This document shows, piece by piece, positions 33,780 to 46,496 of a stretch of 64,000 nt of DNA; positions within the stretch are counted from its first letter, which is position 1; each line of letters starts with the position of its first letter. The stretch covers positions 20,769-84,768 of the forward strand of contig NW_021833063.1 in assembly GCF_006345805.1 (NCBI RefSeq). The letters are read 5' to 3'. The notes under the pieces are model-generated. The model did no database searches. It worked only from the letters and a program-made list of their open reading frames with translations, and was not told where the DNA came from. Source of the DNA: Octopus sinensis. Lineage: Eukaryota. The translations under genes and the position numbers were made by a program.

Positions 33780-34400
33780 TCTTGGCACCTCGGATGCCTT
33801 TTAGTATTCAGGTGGGATCTCCGGTTTGAGGATATTCTTCCTCTCTTTTTCTCATCCACCAGCTTCAGACTCTCTGAAACTGACCATGGTCACTGTCATT
33901 TTTCCTAATGTCATCTCGTCTCATCTTCTTCGCCCACTTATTCCTTGGAGAGTTGGAGGGGGGCAGACTCGTCAAGCACGCCTTTCATCAGGTCCTTTCA
34001 GAAGCTCATGAATGTTACCCAACCATCTTTTTCATGGTTTCCCTCTTGGTTCCCTGTCGGCTGGTTTTGACCGTAAACCCATCTAGCAATTCTGTAAAAG
34101 CAAAGCTGTCATCTTTCAATTCGGAGAAGTAGTGCCTCCATCTGGAAAACTTCTCTAGTTTACGAGTTACGCTCTCCATCGAGCTACGTTATTCAAAGAC
34201 CTTTCAGAGGAACCACATCTCGGCCACTTGTTTTCACGATCCTATACTTTTGGACATTACACAGTCAAAATAGTACCTGTCACCTTACGATGCTTGTTAC
34301 TAGAGCCTGTTATGACGACAGAAAAAGTAACCAAAGTGTTGTACCAGCCTTTGTCACTTCAATCTAAAGTACACATGTCTCCCTAACATTTGAGATGGTT
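33780..34400 (-). mobile_element. probable old LINE fragment (linker upstream of RT)
   Basis: Decayed frames including ..PEIPPEY*KA..; weak. Confidence 0.3.
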
Positions 34401-34424
34401 ATCATCTGACAACATAAAGCAGTC

Positions 34425-34522
<98 letters not shown>

Positions 34523-34538
34523 ACAAACGCACACACAC

Positions 34539-34570
<32 letters not shown>

Positions 34571-34598
34571 CTATATATATATACACACACACACATAT

Positions 34599-34630
<32 letters not shown>

Positions 34631-34654
34631 TATAATATATATATATTATATAGA

Positions 34655-34930
34655 TTAGAGAAGAACTACCTTTTATCAATTCAACAATGAAATAACAATG
34701 ATATAATTAAGTTATACCATATAGAAAAAAATTAAATAATGATAAAACATATATCAATAATTAAGCAAATAATTGTTGATTGATAACAGGTGGTTCTTCT
34801 CTAATTTATATATATATATATATATTATATATATATATAATATATATATATTACATATTGTGAAATTGATTAGTATTACTAAATTGAATTTTTCCCTGTA
34901 AGTTTGGAATAATATTCCCTAAAATTTTTA
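34655..34930 (+). mobile_element. unclassified AT-rich element embedded in (TA)n
   Basis: Similar to 50937-51190 and reverse complement of 24003-24245. Confidence 0.65.
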
Positions 34931-34944
34931 TTATATATATGTAT

Positions 34945-34976
<32 letters not shown>

Positions 34977-34981
34977 GTATG

Positions 34982-35051
<70 letters not shown>

Positions 35052-35084
35052 TATATATATATGTATATATATATGTTATGTATG

Positions 35085-35131
<47 letters not shown>

Positions 35132-35662
35132 GATATTATATATATATATATATTATATATATATGTTATATATATACATACACACACACAACATGACAGT
35201 ATAGATAATCAGGTGTTTACTCAAAAATAAAGTGCAGTGTATAAAACAGCGGATCAGGACGGTTTGGTATAAGGCGAATCAATAAGGCCGTGTAGTTTGT
35301 TTTTGAATGTGAAAAATATGACGATAATATGAAATTTAATTATATTTATTTTTCATAAACCGTACTCCGTTATTGACTAAATTTGCATAAGATAATTAAA
35401 CACAAAGAACTCGCCGATTTAGCCGTCTATTTGCACAAACTAATTCGTAGCAATGTAATCATACACACGTTGAATACGCAGATATACACTTCCTATGTGT
35501 GCGCATGCACACTCTCTCTCGCACACACACATACACATCTTGTTAGTTTCTTTCATTTTTTTTTTGAAGTGATTTTTTTTTTCAATTTTCAAATTTCATT
35601 TTAATAATTTCTTCATATTTGTTTTGAATATGGTAATCAGAAAGAACGAAGCTGAGAGAAAT

Positions 35663-36218
35663 TTTGGTGGAAGGGGGCGGTCGATTAGATCGACCTTAGT
35701 ACGGAACTGGTGCTTAATTTATCGACCCCGAAAGGATGAAAGGTAATGTCGACCTCAGCGGAATTTGAACTCAGAACATAGACAGATGAAATACCTATTT
35801 CTTTACTACCCACAAGGGGCTAAACACAGAGGGGACAAACAAGGACAGACAAACGGATTAAGTCGATTATATCGACCCCAGTGCGTAACTGGTACTTATT
35901 TAATCGACCCCGAAAGGATGAAAGGCAAAGTCGGCCTCGGCGGAATTTGAACTCAGAACATAGACAGACGAAATACCTATTTCTATTTCTTTACTTACCC
36001 ACAAGGGGCTAAACACAGAGAGGACAAACAAGGACAGACAAACGGATTAAGTCGATTACATCGATCCCAGTGCGTAGTTGGTACTTAATTTATCGACCCC
36101 GAAAGGATGAAAGGCAAAGTCGACCTCGGCGGAATTTGAACTCAGAACGTAACGGCACACGAAATACGGCTACGCATTTCGCCCGGTGTACTAACGTTTC
36201 TGCCAGATCGCCGCCTTA
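35663..36218 (-). mobile_element. SINE family C trimer with tail and TSD
   Basis: aagctgaga(g/t)aaat at 35649-35662 and 36219-36232. Confidence 0.9.
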
Positions 36219-36281
36219 AAGCTGAGATAAATATTGCTTCAAATATATAAGAAGAATAGGGATGCTAAGGCAGTAATACTT

Positions 36282-36668
36282 CTCTCTTTTACTTCTCTTT
36301 TACTTGTTTCAGTCATTTGACTGGGGCCACGCTGGAGCATCGCCTTTTGTCGAGCAAATCGACCCCAGGACTTATTCTTTGTAATCCTAGTACTTATTCT
36401 ATCGGTCTCTTTTGCAGAACCACTAAGTTACGGGGACGTAAACACATCATCATCGGTTGTCAAGCAATGCTAGGGGGACAAACACAGACACACAAACACA
36501 CACACACATATATATATACGACGGGCTTCTTACAGTTTCCGTCTACCAAATCCACTCACAAGGCTTTGGTCGGCCCGAGGCTATATTAGAAGACACGCAG
36601 TGGGACTGAAACCGGAATCATGTGGTTGGTAAGCTAGCTACTTACCACACAGCCACTCCTGCGCCTAT
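36282..36668 (-). mobile_element. SINE family A
   Basis: Near full-length, small internal deletion. Confidence 0.9.
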
Positions 36669-36914
36669 AATAGTGATTTATTGAACACAGTATTTCATTT
36701 TTGTAGGGAACTGGGGGAACCAAACACCCGTGATAAACGAAGATAGATGTACCCTCAGTTTGCACGACACTCGGTTTACAAAGATTCACTTACCACTGAT
36801 TTTTCTCGAATATTTTACCTTCAATTCTATGTGTACAGAATCACCACTTCGTCGTAAACATTTCACGTTTTCATATTTCTTCGTTTTACGTTCCTCTGAA
36901 GACTAACCATTAAC

Positions 36915-37312
36915 TCAACAGCATTTCTTCCAGTTTTTACGTTCTGAGTTCAAATTCTGTGAACTTCGCCTTTCATCATTTTGGAATCGATAATCAGTTA
37001 TTGGCAGAGACGTTAGCACGCCGGGCGAAATGCGTAGCCGTATTTCGTCTGCCGTTACGTTCTGAGTGCAAATTCCGCCGAGGACGACTTTGCCTTTCAT
37101 CCTTTCGGAGTCGATAAATTAAGTACCAGTTACGCACTGGGGTCGATGTAAATGACTTAATCCGTTTGTCTGTCCTTGTTTGTCCCCTCTATTTTTAGTC
37201 CCTTTTGGGCAATAATGAAATAAGAATAAGTATAAGTTGAAGACTGGTACCAAATTAATCGACGTAAGCCTTCTCCTTAAAATTGCCGCCCTTGTGCCAA
37301 AATCTGCAGCCA
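36915..37312 (+). mobile_element. SINE family C pieces (rearranged)
   Basis: Partial body 36915-36990, head+unit 37003-37230, minus-strand tail 37240-37312. Confidence 0.7.
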
Positions 37313-37628
37313 TTATACTTTTGGCCTCAATTCTTTGAGAGTGATAAAAGATCGCACTATAAACTAACGCTTAATTTAGAATTACTTTTCTAAATAGTTT
37401 ATTAAATATTTTCGAAATTGAATAATCGAATATCAAATGTCAATAAAATCGATTTTAGAAATGATAATCAATATATTTCTAGGTTGTTTATCGAGAGACT
37501 TCATTGTTTTCCTTATTGACATTTGGTCTTATTGTTAGTTCCACTTCATCGATAATTATCATTATAAAAAATAAAGGAATAATAAAAATAAGCAACAGCT
37601 TTGAAATATGCATTATAATGTGTTGTAA

Positions 37629-38198
37629 TATTGGGTTGTCCGGAAAGTTCGTGCCGATTTATTGTAGCTTTCCTTTGCGACTTATTATAGAACATGGTTG
37701 AGTCCACAAAATAGGATTTGACTACATTTCCATTTGGAGCACAGTTTAAGCTATCTTTTCGTGGAAGAAGGTTTATGTTCCTATAACCTGTGTTAATTCT
37801 GTAACCCTTTAAAATGGAAGATAAGAAAATCCATTTTCGGTACTTGATGCTTTGGGAACCAGACAAAAATTGCTGCAGCTCGGCTGGGATGTGTTACCCT
37901 ACCCTCCATATTCACCAGATATTGCTCTTTCGGATTTCCACTTATTCAGGTCTCTGCAGAATAGTCTTAATGGTAAAAATTTCAATTCCTTGGATGACGT
38001 AAAAAGATACCTTGATGAATTCTTTGCCATGAAACCACCTGAATTCTGGGAAGAGGGTATTTTCAAGTTAATGAAAGATGGAGATGCATTATGCAACAAA
38101 ATGGTTCATATTTGGTTGATTAAAAATGTAATGGCAAGTATTTATTGAGCTTTTTCTTTCCTTTAAAAATCGGCACTAACTTTCCAGACAACCCAATA
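37629..38198 (+). mobile_element. non-autonomous mariner, internally deleted, 570 bp
   Basis: TA-ttgggttgtccggaaagttcgtgccga ... tcggcactaactttccagacaacccaa-TA; MEDKKIHFRYLMLW fused out of frame to TRQKLLQLGWDVLPYPPYSPDIALSDFHLF. Confidence 0.93.
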
Positions 38199-38339
38199 TT
38201 ATGGAAACAATTGTAAAACGCTCTTTTATTTTGTATAGAAGACAAAACCCAATACTGTGACAGCTACCCATTTATATATGTACAACACACGCACGTACAC
38301 GCGCACACATACGCACACGCACACACACACACACGCACA

Positions 38340-38450
38340 CATGACGGGATTCTTTCAGTTTCCGCCAACGAAATCCACTCACAAAGGTTTGGTCGTTCCG
38401 AGGCGATAGTAGAAGACACTTGCCTAAGGTACAATCATTTATTAATATGC

Positions 38451-38500
<50 letters not shown>

Positions 38501-38701
38501 ATATGTATGTGTGTCTGTGTGTGTGTGTGGGTCCTCTGGTGGCACCTTTAGGCAAGTTCTTCTACTGTACCTCGGGCTGAACCAAAGCCTTGCGAGTGGA
38601 TTTGGTAGACGAAAAAGCCCATATATATATTTACACACATATATATAAATATATATATATATATATATGATATATATATATATATATATATACTATATAA
38701 T

Positions 38702-38745
<44 letters not shown>

Positions 38746-38970
38746 GTATGTATATATATATTTGTGTGTGTGTGTTTGTCCCCCCACTATCGCTTGACAA
38801 CCGACGTTGGTGTGTTTACGTCCTCGAAACTTACCGGTTCGGCAAAAGAACCCGATAGAATAAGTACTAGGCTTATAAAGAATAAGTCCTGGGGCCGATT
38901 TGTTCAACCATAGAAGGTGCTCCTGCATGGCCGCAGTTACATGACTGAAACAAGTAAAAGAGTAAAAGAA
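38340..38970. mobile_element. two SINE family A fragments in opposite orientation
   Basis: Minus fragment about 38340-38432; plus copy about 38545-38970, separated by (TA)n. Confidence 0.75.
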
Positions 38971-38986
38971 TAAAATTATATATAAT

Positions 38987-39028
<42 letters not shown>

Positions 39029-39032
39029 TATA

Positions 39033-39070
<38 letters not shown>

Positions 39071-39245
39071 ATTGTGCACTGAGGTCGATGAAATCGACTA
39101 AAGCCTTCGTCCTAGAATTGCTGGCCTTGTGCCAAAATTTGAAACTATATATAAATACATACACACACATACATGTATATTCATGTATGTATATGTACGC
39201 ATGTATACACACGCGATAACCGTACTGGTTGTACTATTTCAATAA

Positions 39246-39608
39246 ATACTCTTTTACTTTTTCAGTAATTTGACTGTGGCCATGCTGGAGCACCGCCTTT
39301 AGCCGTGCAGATCGACCCCCGGATTTATTCTTTGTAAGCTTAGTACTTATTCTATCGGCCTTTTGCCGAACCGGTAAGTTACGGTTGTGAAGCAATGTTG
39401 GGGGGTTAAACACAGACACACATACATATATATATACATATATACGACGGGCTTCATTCAGTTTCCGTCTACCAAATCCACTCACAAGGCTTTGGTCGGC
39501 CCGAAGCTATAGTAGAAGACACTTGCTCAAGGTGCCACGCAGTGGGACTGAACCCGGAACCATGTGGTTGGTAAGCAAGCTACTTACCACACAGCCACTC
39601 CTACGCCT
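39246..39608 (-). mobile_element. SINE family A
   Basis: Reverse-complement copy. Confidence 0.9.
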
Positions 39609-40791
39609 AATTTTGTTTGTGTTATTCTTTTAATATCATCAAAGAATGTACGTCCCCGTTTTACACAATTCCGATTTACACGTTGACCTGTGACGGAGCC
39701 AAGCAAATGCGTAAAGCGAGGGACTACTATACGTAAGTGCGAGAGAACTTCATAAGTTTGTTGCTGTTTTAAAGAATTCGTGTTTAGTTGTGTGATCGAG
39801 ACAGCCAATCTTTCACATTCTCAAAATATATTTCGGTCTTCTTCATTTTTTTTTTCTTTTCTTTTCAATTTGGCTGTCTTCGATTTGTTTTCAATTTCTT
39901 TTTATGTCTATTCTTCATCTATTTTATTCCATTTCACCTTTTTCCAATTTCCGTGCATTCTAATTACTTTTCCTTACTCACTCGGCTTCCATTTACACAG
40001 AACCCAGCACCAACTCTCCTCTTTTCATTACTATTACTGATCAGTATTCTGCAGCACGTTCTCTAAGTGATTGCGTTTTTGAGGCAAGTAGCATTGCTAT
40101 TTCTCCAGCAAATCACCAATACTCAACAGAGAAAGCTCATCACAAACTGCTAAATATGTCACTCTACTTTGATTTACACTATTAATATTCTATTCCATTT
40201 CGCACCCTTTTCTATAATGGCTTACTGTCAACGTCTTGCCTTTTCTTTTATTGTATTCTATTATATTTACTTCACTTTCTTTCATTTAATTGTTTACATT
40301 TTGTTCCCTGATATTTCTAGTTTGTTTAATAAGAATCTTTATTTTTTTTCCTATTGACATTCACTCTTATGGTTAGTTCCATTTCATTGGCTGTTTACAT
40401 TTCTCTATAGTAGCCATTTTTTTTCTGTTGCAATGTTCACAATTTCAAGGGTATTATTTACATTTTAGTGTTTGTTTATCCCTTACATTTTTTTAATATA
40501 TTTTATATTTATCTTTACTTCCTGTTTACTTTCCAATCCAATATTTTTTTTCAGTTTACCTCGACCGTTGTAATTTCTATATGATCGCTTGTTGTTCGTT
40601 CGATATTTATCTTATTTGTTGTATTTTCATTTACTTTTATGATATACACCAAACCATTATCCCTTTTGTCTACACCGCTTAACAATGTCTCGGTGTCATT
40701 GGTATTTTCTTGCTCTTCTTTTGCTTTTTTCATAGATCCCCCTTTGACTATAAATCATACTTAGTGTTATTGAATTTTATATGCTCTGTAA

Positions 40792-40831
<40 letters not shown>

Positions 40832-40887
40832 TATATATACACTATAATATATATATATATATACACTATAATATATATATATGTATA

Positions 40888-41123
40888 GGGAGAGTTTACG
40901 AAAAAACAAAAGACGAAGACAGGTGGTGTACAAACAAACAGATTTAGTTGTATACGCTCAGGAATAGAAAAAAGTCTTTTACGTCTCGAGCCTACGCTCT
41001 TCTACAGAAAGGGACACAGAAAAAAACAAGGAGAGAAACAAGGAGAGAAAAAAAGAGAGAAAAAAGGAGAGAAAAAAGGAAAGAAAATAAGTGTGTTTAG
41101 TGGCTAACGATCTATCATGGCGA

Positions 41124-41126
<3 letters not shown>
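40888..41126 (-). mobile_element. Penelope-like terminus in (TA)n
   Basis: Same family as 13682-13874. Confidence 0.78.
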
Positions 41127-41159
<33 letters not shown>

Positions 41160-41339
41160 CATATATATATATATATCTTTATTCTATGCTCAAAAGGTAA
41201 GTAAAATTCTTCTTAACTATAGTTTTCTTGTTCTATGCTTGAGTATATGCTGTATGACATAGTTACAGGTCTACTATCAAGAAAGTTTTACATTCCGTAA
41301 TGATAGCTAAGGATATATATATATATATTATATATTATA

Positions 41340-41411
<72 letters not shown>

Positions 41412-41414
41412 GTA

Positions 41415-42050
41415 TATGACTTAGCATTCCTCTTACCCTTCCAGGTGTCCCACTGATTTCCTTCTCTCATCAAACAATGTTATATTTATTCTTTCTCAAA
41501 TTTTCTCTTATTCTTCCTTCATTTTCTTCTCTCCCTGAACTTTCACCTCTTATCCTTCATGCCCTCCCCTTGCTCGGACCTTCCTTCCATGTAACAGTGT
41601 TTCACTCCCAAACCCATGCACACCCTTCTATCACAAGCTCTACAATCCTCTTGCCCTCCTTTTTACGTCACATTGGAGTCCGCACTCACCTCTCTTTCAC
41701 ACACTCTCTTACACACAATACAATTACACATGCACAAATACACGCGTGCACGCACGCACGCACACCAACGTCTCACACATCAACTAGCTCATGCTACTAT
41801 ATTGCCACACTTGTATGCCTTAACACACAAACATCATTCCACCCTAATGCTCACCTCAAAACACCTGTACACTTCTATACAGGCACCCGCTCCTTCCTCC
41901 TTATTTTAACTCTTCTTCTCACAGAATCACATTCCTACAGTGACTGTTTTTCCTTCCTTTTCTTTCCTCTCAACCCTTTTCCTCTTACGCTTTTCTTCTG
42001 ATGAAGGACTAACATCGGAAACGTCACGACTTTTACCCTCAGATATTTTA
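41415..42050 (+). mobile_element. probable Penelope-like 3' region
   Basis: Pyrimidine-rich decayed sequence ending cttctgatgaaggactaacatcggaaacgtc. Confidence 0.5.
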
Positions 42051-42864
42051 AGCGTTACACAAATTCAATAGTTGTTAAAAGTTATCCTATTGTGCCCGTA
42101 GAGTTTATAAAATGTAGGAGAAAGAGAAAGAAAATGGAAATCATCAGATTTTTTATTAATCACTGCTATCATTTTAACTCATCGTGCATCGATTCCTCAC
42201 CGATGACACGCTGTACAAACAGTTGTGGTGCATCATTAGAATAGATGTGTCTCGTCAGGCGACTTATCAACAGGCACTTTGTTTTTTAATCTCAGTTTCG
42301 CCTATTTCAATTAGAATACATCTTGGTAGCTGTCTATAGATACTCCAATACATGACAAACTTGAGTTAAAATGAAGACTTCTCGTATAAGTAATAAATTG
42401 ACTTATAAATAAAAGCCGTAAATAAAAGACGTAAATATTCAAACGTAGCTAAACTAACACAGTTTACAAACTCAGTTGTGAAGTCGTGAAATTCCAGTGT
42501 ATTTCATTAATGTTTATCTTACTTGGTTATAATACTAGCTGTATTCATTTACTCAATGCTTTATGAGAGGACTTTTACTCAATTTCGACGAGCCCGGCTG
42601 TAAGGAGAAGTTTCTTTCCCAGCTATATTTTCAGTGTTATATCTGTGGCTTTTTCAGTTAAGCGTCCGGCATATTGCTCCCTCACAATACCAGTTTATAG
42701 TTGATTAAACCCAACCATCATGAATTTATTGAAGTTTCAGAAATAGATCTAGGATATGAACGCAAGAAAGCTCAATATATAGTAAAGACTATATCGTAGC
42801 TAGTTTGATATAATACACACGACACACATACACATTCAAACACACACACACAAAGAAAGACACA

Positions 42865-42901
<37 letters not shown>

Positions 42902-43286
42902 GCAAACACGCGCAAGCATGCACCCATACAGAGATTAGGTCGAAGTCGTTGCGTGAACGTTCGCCAAAAGAAAATTTTCTCTTCAAATATGACTAAATCG
43001 TGATACCATAAAGCATTTAATAACACACACACACACACACAGAACGCGTGCATACGTGATTCTAGTCATTGTCGCCGACGTTAAATCATCGACAGAAGAG
43101 TCGAGGCTTACCGTCGTTTCACAGAACTATTATGCATCATGTTATGCTGTCACGACCATGAAATGTTACTAAACTCTTATTTGAAATTCCGAAGATGAGC
43201 AATTTTCTTTTCAACCTTTGCGGTTGAATTTAGCTGTTAGTTAATAATATAACAATTCTAGAAGCATAATATTACTAAAGTGATGC

Positions 43287-43329
<43 letters not shown>

Positions 43330-43699
43330 AATATAACAAGAAGGGTAGTAATATTATTTACTACCAGGTGCCCAGCACAAAAGACGAATTAGTCATAAGA
43401 CAAAAATATTATTCATGTAGTTATACAATAAAGGGCTCCTAAATTAAGATGCCGAGTGCTGGGAACACAAAAAGGGGATGAATTTATCGAGAGTGAAAAT
43501 CAAAAACGTTTACCGATAACTTTATATATATACATATATATATATATATTTATATATATATATGTATATGTATGTATGTATGCATGTATGTATTTATGTA
43601 TGTATGTATGTATGTATGTATGTATGTATGTATGTATGTATGTGTATGTATGTATGTATGTATGTAAGTATATATATATATATATATACACGTAACATT

Positions 43700-43833
43700 C
43701 ATAACATAAATGTTAGTCAGCGGCGTTATGAGCAAGGTGTATATCACATGATAATATTGCTAGAATGAATCTATCTAAATACGTATACATACATACATAA
43801 ACGTTTACACCCATATATATATGTATATATATG

Positions 43834-43890
<57 letters not shown>

Positions 43891-44390
43891 CACATGTATA
43901 TATACATACATATATATATATATTAATGACACACCTAACATAAATTTTAGTTAGCAGTGTTGTAAGCACGGTTTATTACACTAATATTGCTAAAGTGGAT
44001 ATATCTAAATATACAAATATATTCATAATAAGCATAACATAAATGTTTATCGTTAGTGTTGTGAGCAAGATTTATCTCGCGTTATAATATTATTAAAGTG
44101 AATGTATTTAAATATATCGCATATACTCATTATGCGCATAGCATAAGTGTTAGGCAGTATTGTAGTAATGACGGTTTATTTCACGTCTTAATATTACTAA
44201 AGCGAACGTATTTAAATGTACGTATATACTCATAACATACATAACGGAAATGTTAGTCAGTGATGTTGTAATTAAGGTATACTTCACATGATAATACTGT
44301 TAAAGTGACTGTATTTAAATATACATACATACTCATAATATACGTAAGAAAGCAGTGTTGTAAACATGGTTTATTTCAAATGATAACGTT
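43700..44390. repeat. diverged ~102-bp tandem array (6 units, one offset by a (TA)n insertion)
   Basis: cataacataaatgttag-like starts at about 43700, 43934, 44033, 44137, 44240 and 44342. Confidence 0.75.
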
Positions 44391-44394
44391 TAGT

Positions 44395-44975
44395 TTCTTT
44401 ATGATTACTTTATACTCTTGTATCTAATACAGATTTGTCACACAAGTTTATTGGTTCGTACGTTTCTTCAGAGTATCAAGTCTTTGAACCAACGGAGCTT
44501 GTCGTGGTAATAGAATGCGTTTAAATGTTGATGAGGTTATTTTTGCCGCTTCTCCTTCCGTAATCGGTAAATTAGATACCAGCCATGTATTTCGTCGGAG
44601 AAAGAGCTCATCTGAGGCGATAGTACTTGTGACGGCGTTCACCTTGGGCGGGTTGAGCCGGCTTCTTCTCATAGAAGCTTCGTGGGAATATTGAATTCAC
44701 AAGCGGTCCCCGACATCCCGCATGCATATCCCGAGTGACGGGACGCCCTGTTTGCCGCGGAGTTTCCACAGAGGCAGGGACAGAACGACCTCGAAGCCGC
44801 TGGTTGCCGATCAGACGCCTCTTGGAATTTTCACCAGGTTGCAGCCCTAACACCGCTCGGTGCCAGACCAATCCGTCTTGGGCGACCCTACCAGGAACCG
44901 AAGTTCCCGACGGCATAGCTCTGACACTGCCCGTTTACACCACCCTGCCGCTTTGAGGAGGGGTTGGACTTTGAG
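44395..44975 (-). mobile_element. GC-rich block, probably the 5' UTR/start of an RTE-type LINE
   Basis: Sharp GC-rich island. The motif gagctatgccgtcggg..cctggtagggtcgcccaagacggattggtc resembles RTE-clade 5' UTRs as I recall them (unverified). Confidence 0.5.
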
Positions 44976-45059
44976 GCGATAGTCTCAACCTTAAATTCAC
45001 ATCTACCAATGTAAATCGATATTATTTTTTTTTCAGTTTCCAATATCAATGGTTATTTT

Positions 45060-45280
45060 AAGGCAACAAGCTGGCAGAAACGTTAACCCGCCGAACAAAA
45101 TGCTTAGTTGCATTTCGTCCGTTTTTACGTTCTGAGTGCAAATTCCGCAGTGGCCGAGTTTGCTTTTTATTTTTTCACGGTCGATAAAATAAGTACCAGT
45201 TGAACACTTGGGTCGCTATGATCGACATAGCACCTACCCACAAAAATTGCTGGCCTTGTGCCAAAATTTGAAACTAATAT
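45060..45280 (+). mobile_element. SINE family C with tail
   Basis: aaggcaacaagctggcagaaacg..tail caaaaattgctggccttgtgccaaaatttgaaac. Confidence 0.85.
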
Positions 45281-45461
45281 ACATCGATTTTATTTCATTT
45301 CCAATGTTAACGAGTAGTTTTTTCTTAACGTAATTCATTAACTTTTCGACCTCTTTCTAAACCCTCCTTCATCATCCATTGAATCTCATTGTCCACCCGG
45401 TTTATCTTCTCAAAAAAGAAGAAGAAAAATATAAAGATCAAATTCCTTTTCGAGCCATAAA

Positions 45462-45686
45462 CTAATAGGGCCAGTTTCCCGGTTTCCATGGCGTGTATAT
45501 ATTCTCCACCAGAACGGGATACCGTTGCGTCGCAGGATTACCCACTTTTGTCAGCCGAGCAGACTGGAACAACTGGAAATGAAGAGCTTTGCTCAAAAAC
45601 ATAAATCACCGCCCGGTCCAGGAATCGAAACCACAATATAAAGATCCTGAGTATAACACCCTAACCACTAAGCCACATACCTCCAC
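45462..45686 (-). mobile_element. tRNA-derived SINE (tail ccgggaaactggccc)
   Basis: tRNA head on minus strand. Confidence 0.75.
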
Positions 45687-45714
45687 GCCTTATCTTCTGC
45701 CTACTTGAGATATC

Positions 45715-46496
45715 TATTTCTTTACTACACACAAGGAGCTGAACATAGAGGGGACAAACAAGGACAGACAGACGGATTAAGTCGATTATATCGACCCCAG
45801 TGCGTAACTGGTACTTATTTTAATCGACCCCGAAAGGATAAAAGGCAAAGTCAACCTCGGCAGAATTTGAACTCAGAACGTAACGGCAGACGAAATACTG
45901 ATTTCTTTACTACCCACAAGGGGCTAAACATAGAGGGGACAAACAAGGACAGACAAACGGATCAAGTCGATTATATCGATCCCAGTGCATAACTGGTACT
46001 TATTTAATCGCCCATGAAAGGATGAAAGGTAAAGTCGACCTCGGCGGAATTTGAACTCAGAACGCAACGGCAGACGAAATACCTATTTCTTTACTACCCA
46101 CAAGGGGCTAAACATAGAGGGGACAAACAAGGACAGACAAAAGGGTAAAGTCGATTATATCGACCCCAGTGCATAACTGGTACTTATTTAATCGACCCCG
46201 AAAGGATGAAAGGCAAAGTCGACCTCGGTGGAATTTGAACTCAGAACGTAACAGCAGACGAAATACCTATTTCTTTACTACCCACAAGGGACTAAACACA
46301 GAGGGGACAAACAAGGACAGACATAGGTATTAAGTCGATTACATCGACCCCGGTGCATAACTGGTACTTATTTAATCGACCCGGAAAGGATGAAAGGTAA
46401 AGTCGACCACGGCGGAATTTGAACTCAGAATGTAGCGGTAGACGAAATACCGCTAAGCATTTCGCCCGGCTAACGATTCTGCCAGCTCGCCGCCTT
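45715..46496 (-). mobile_element. SINE family C tetramer with 15-bp TSD
   Basis: cctacttgagatatc at 45700-45714 and 46497-46511; one head + four ~184-bp units. Confidence 0.95.

Noticed and set aside
39584-40733. Several 60-90 aa ORFs in a biased-composition block
   Set aside because: No recognisable domain, multiple stops; probably an old TE relic that I cannot classify.
45715-46496. CRISPR-like or satellite array
   Set aside because: Units are contiguous ~184-bp SINE bodies without unique spacers; eukaryotic context.
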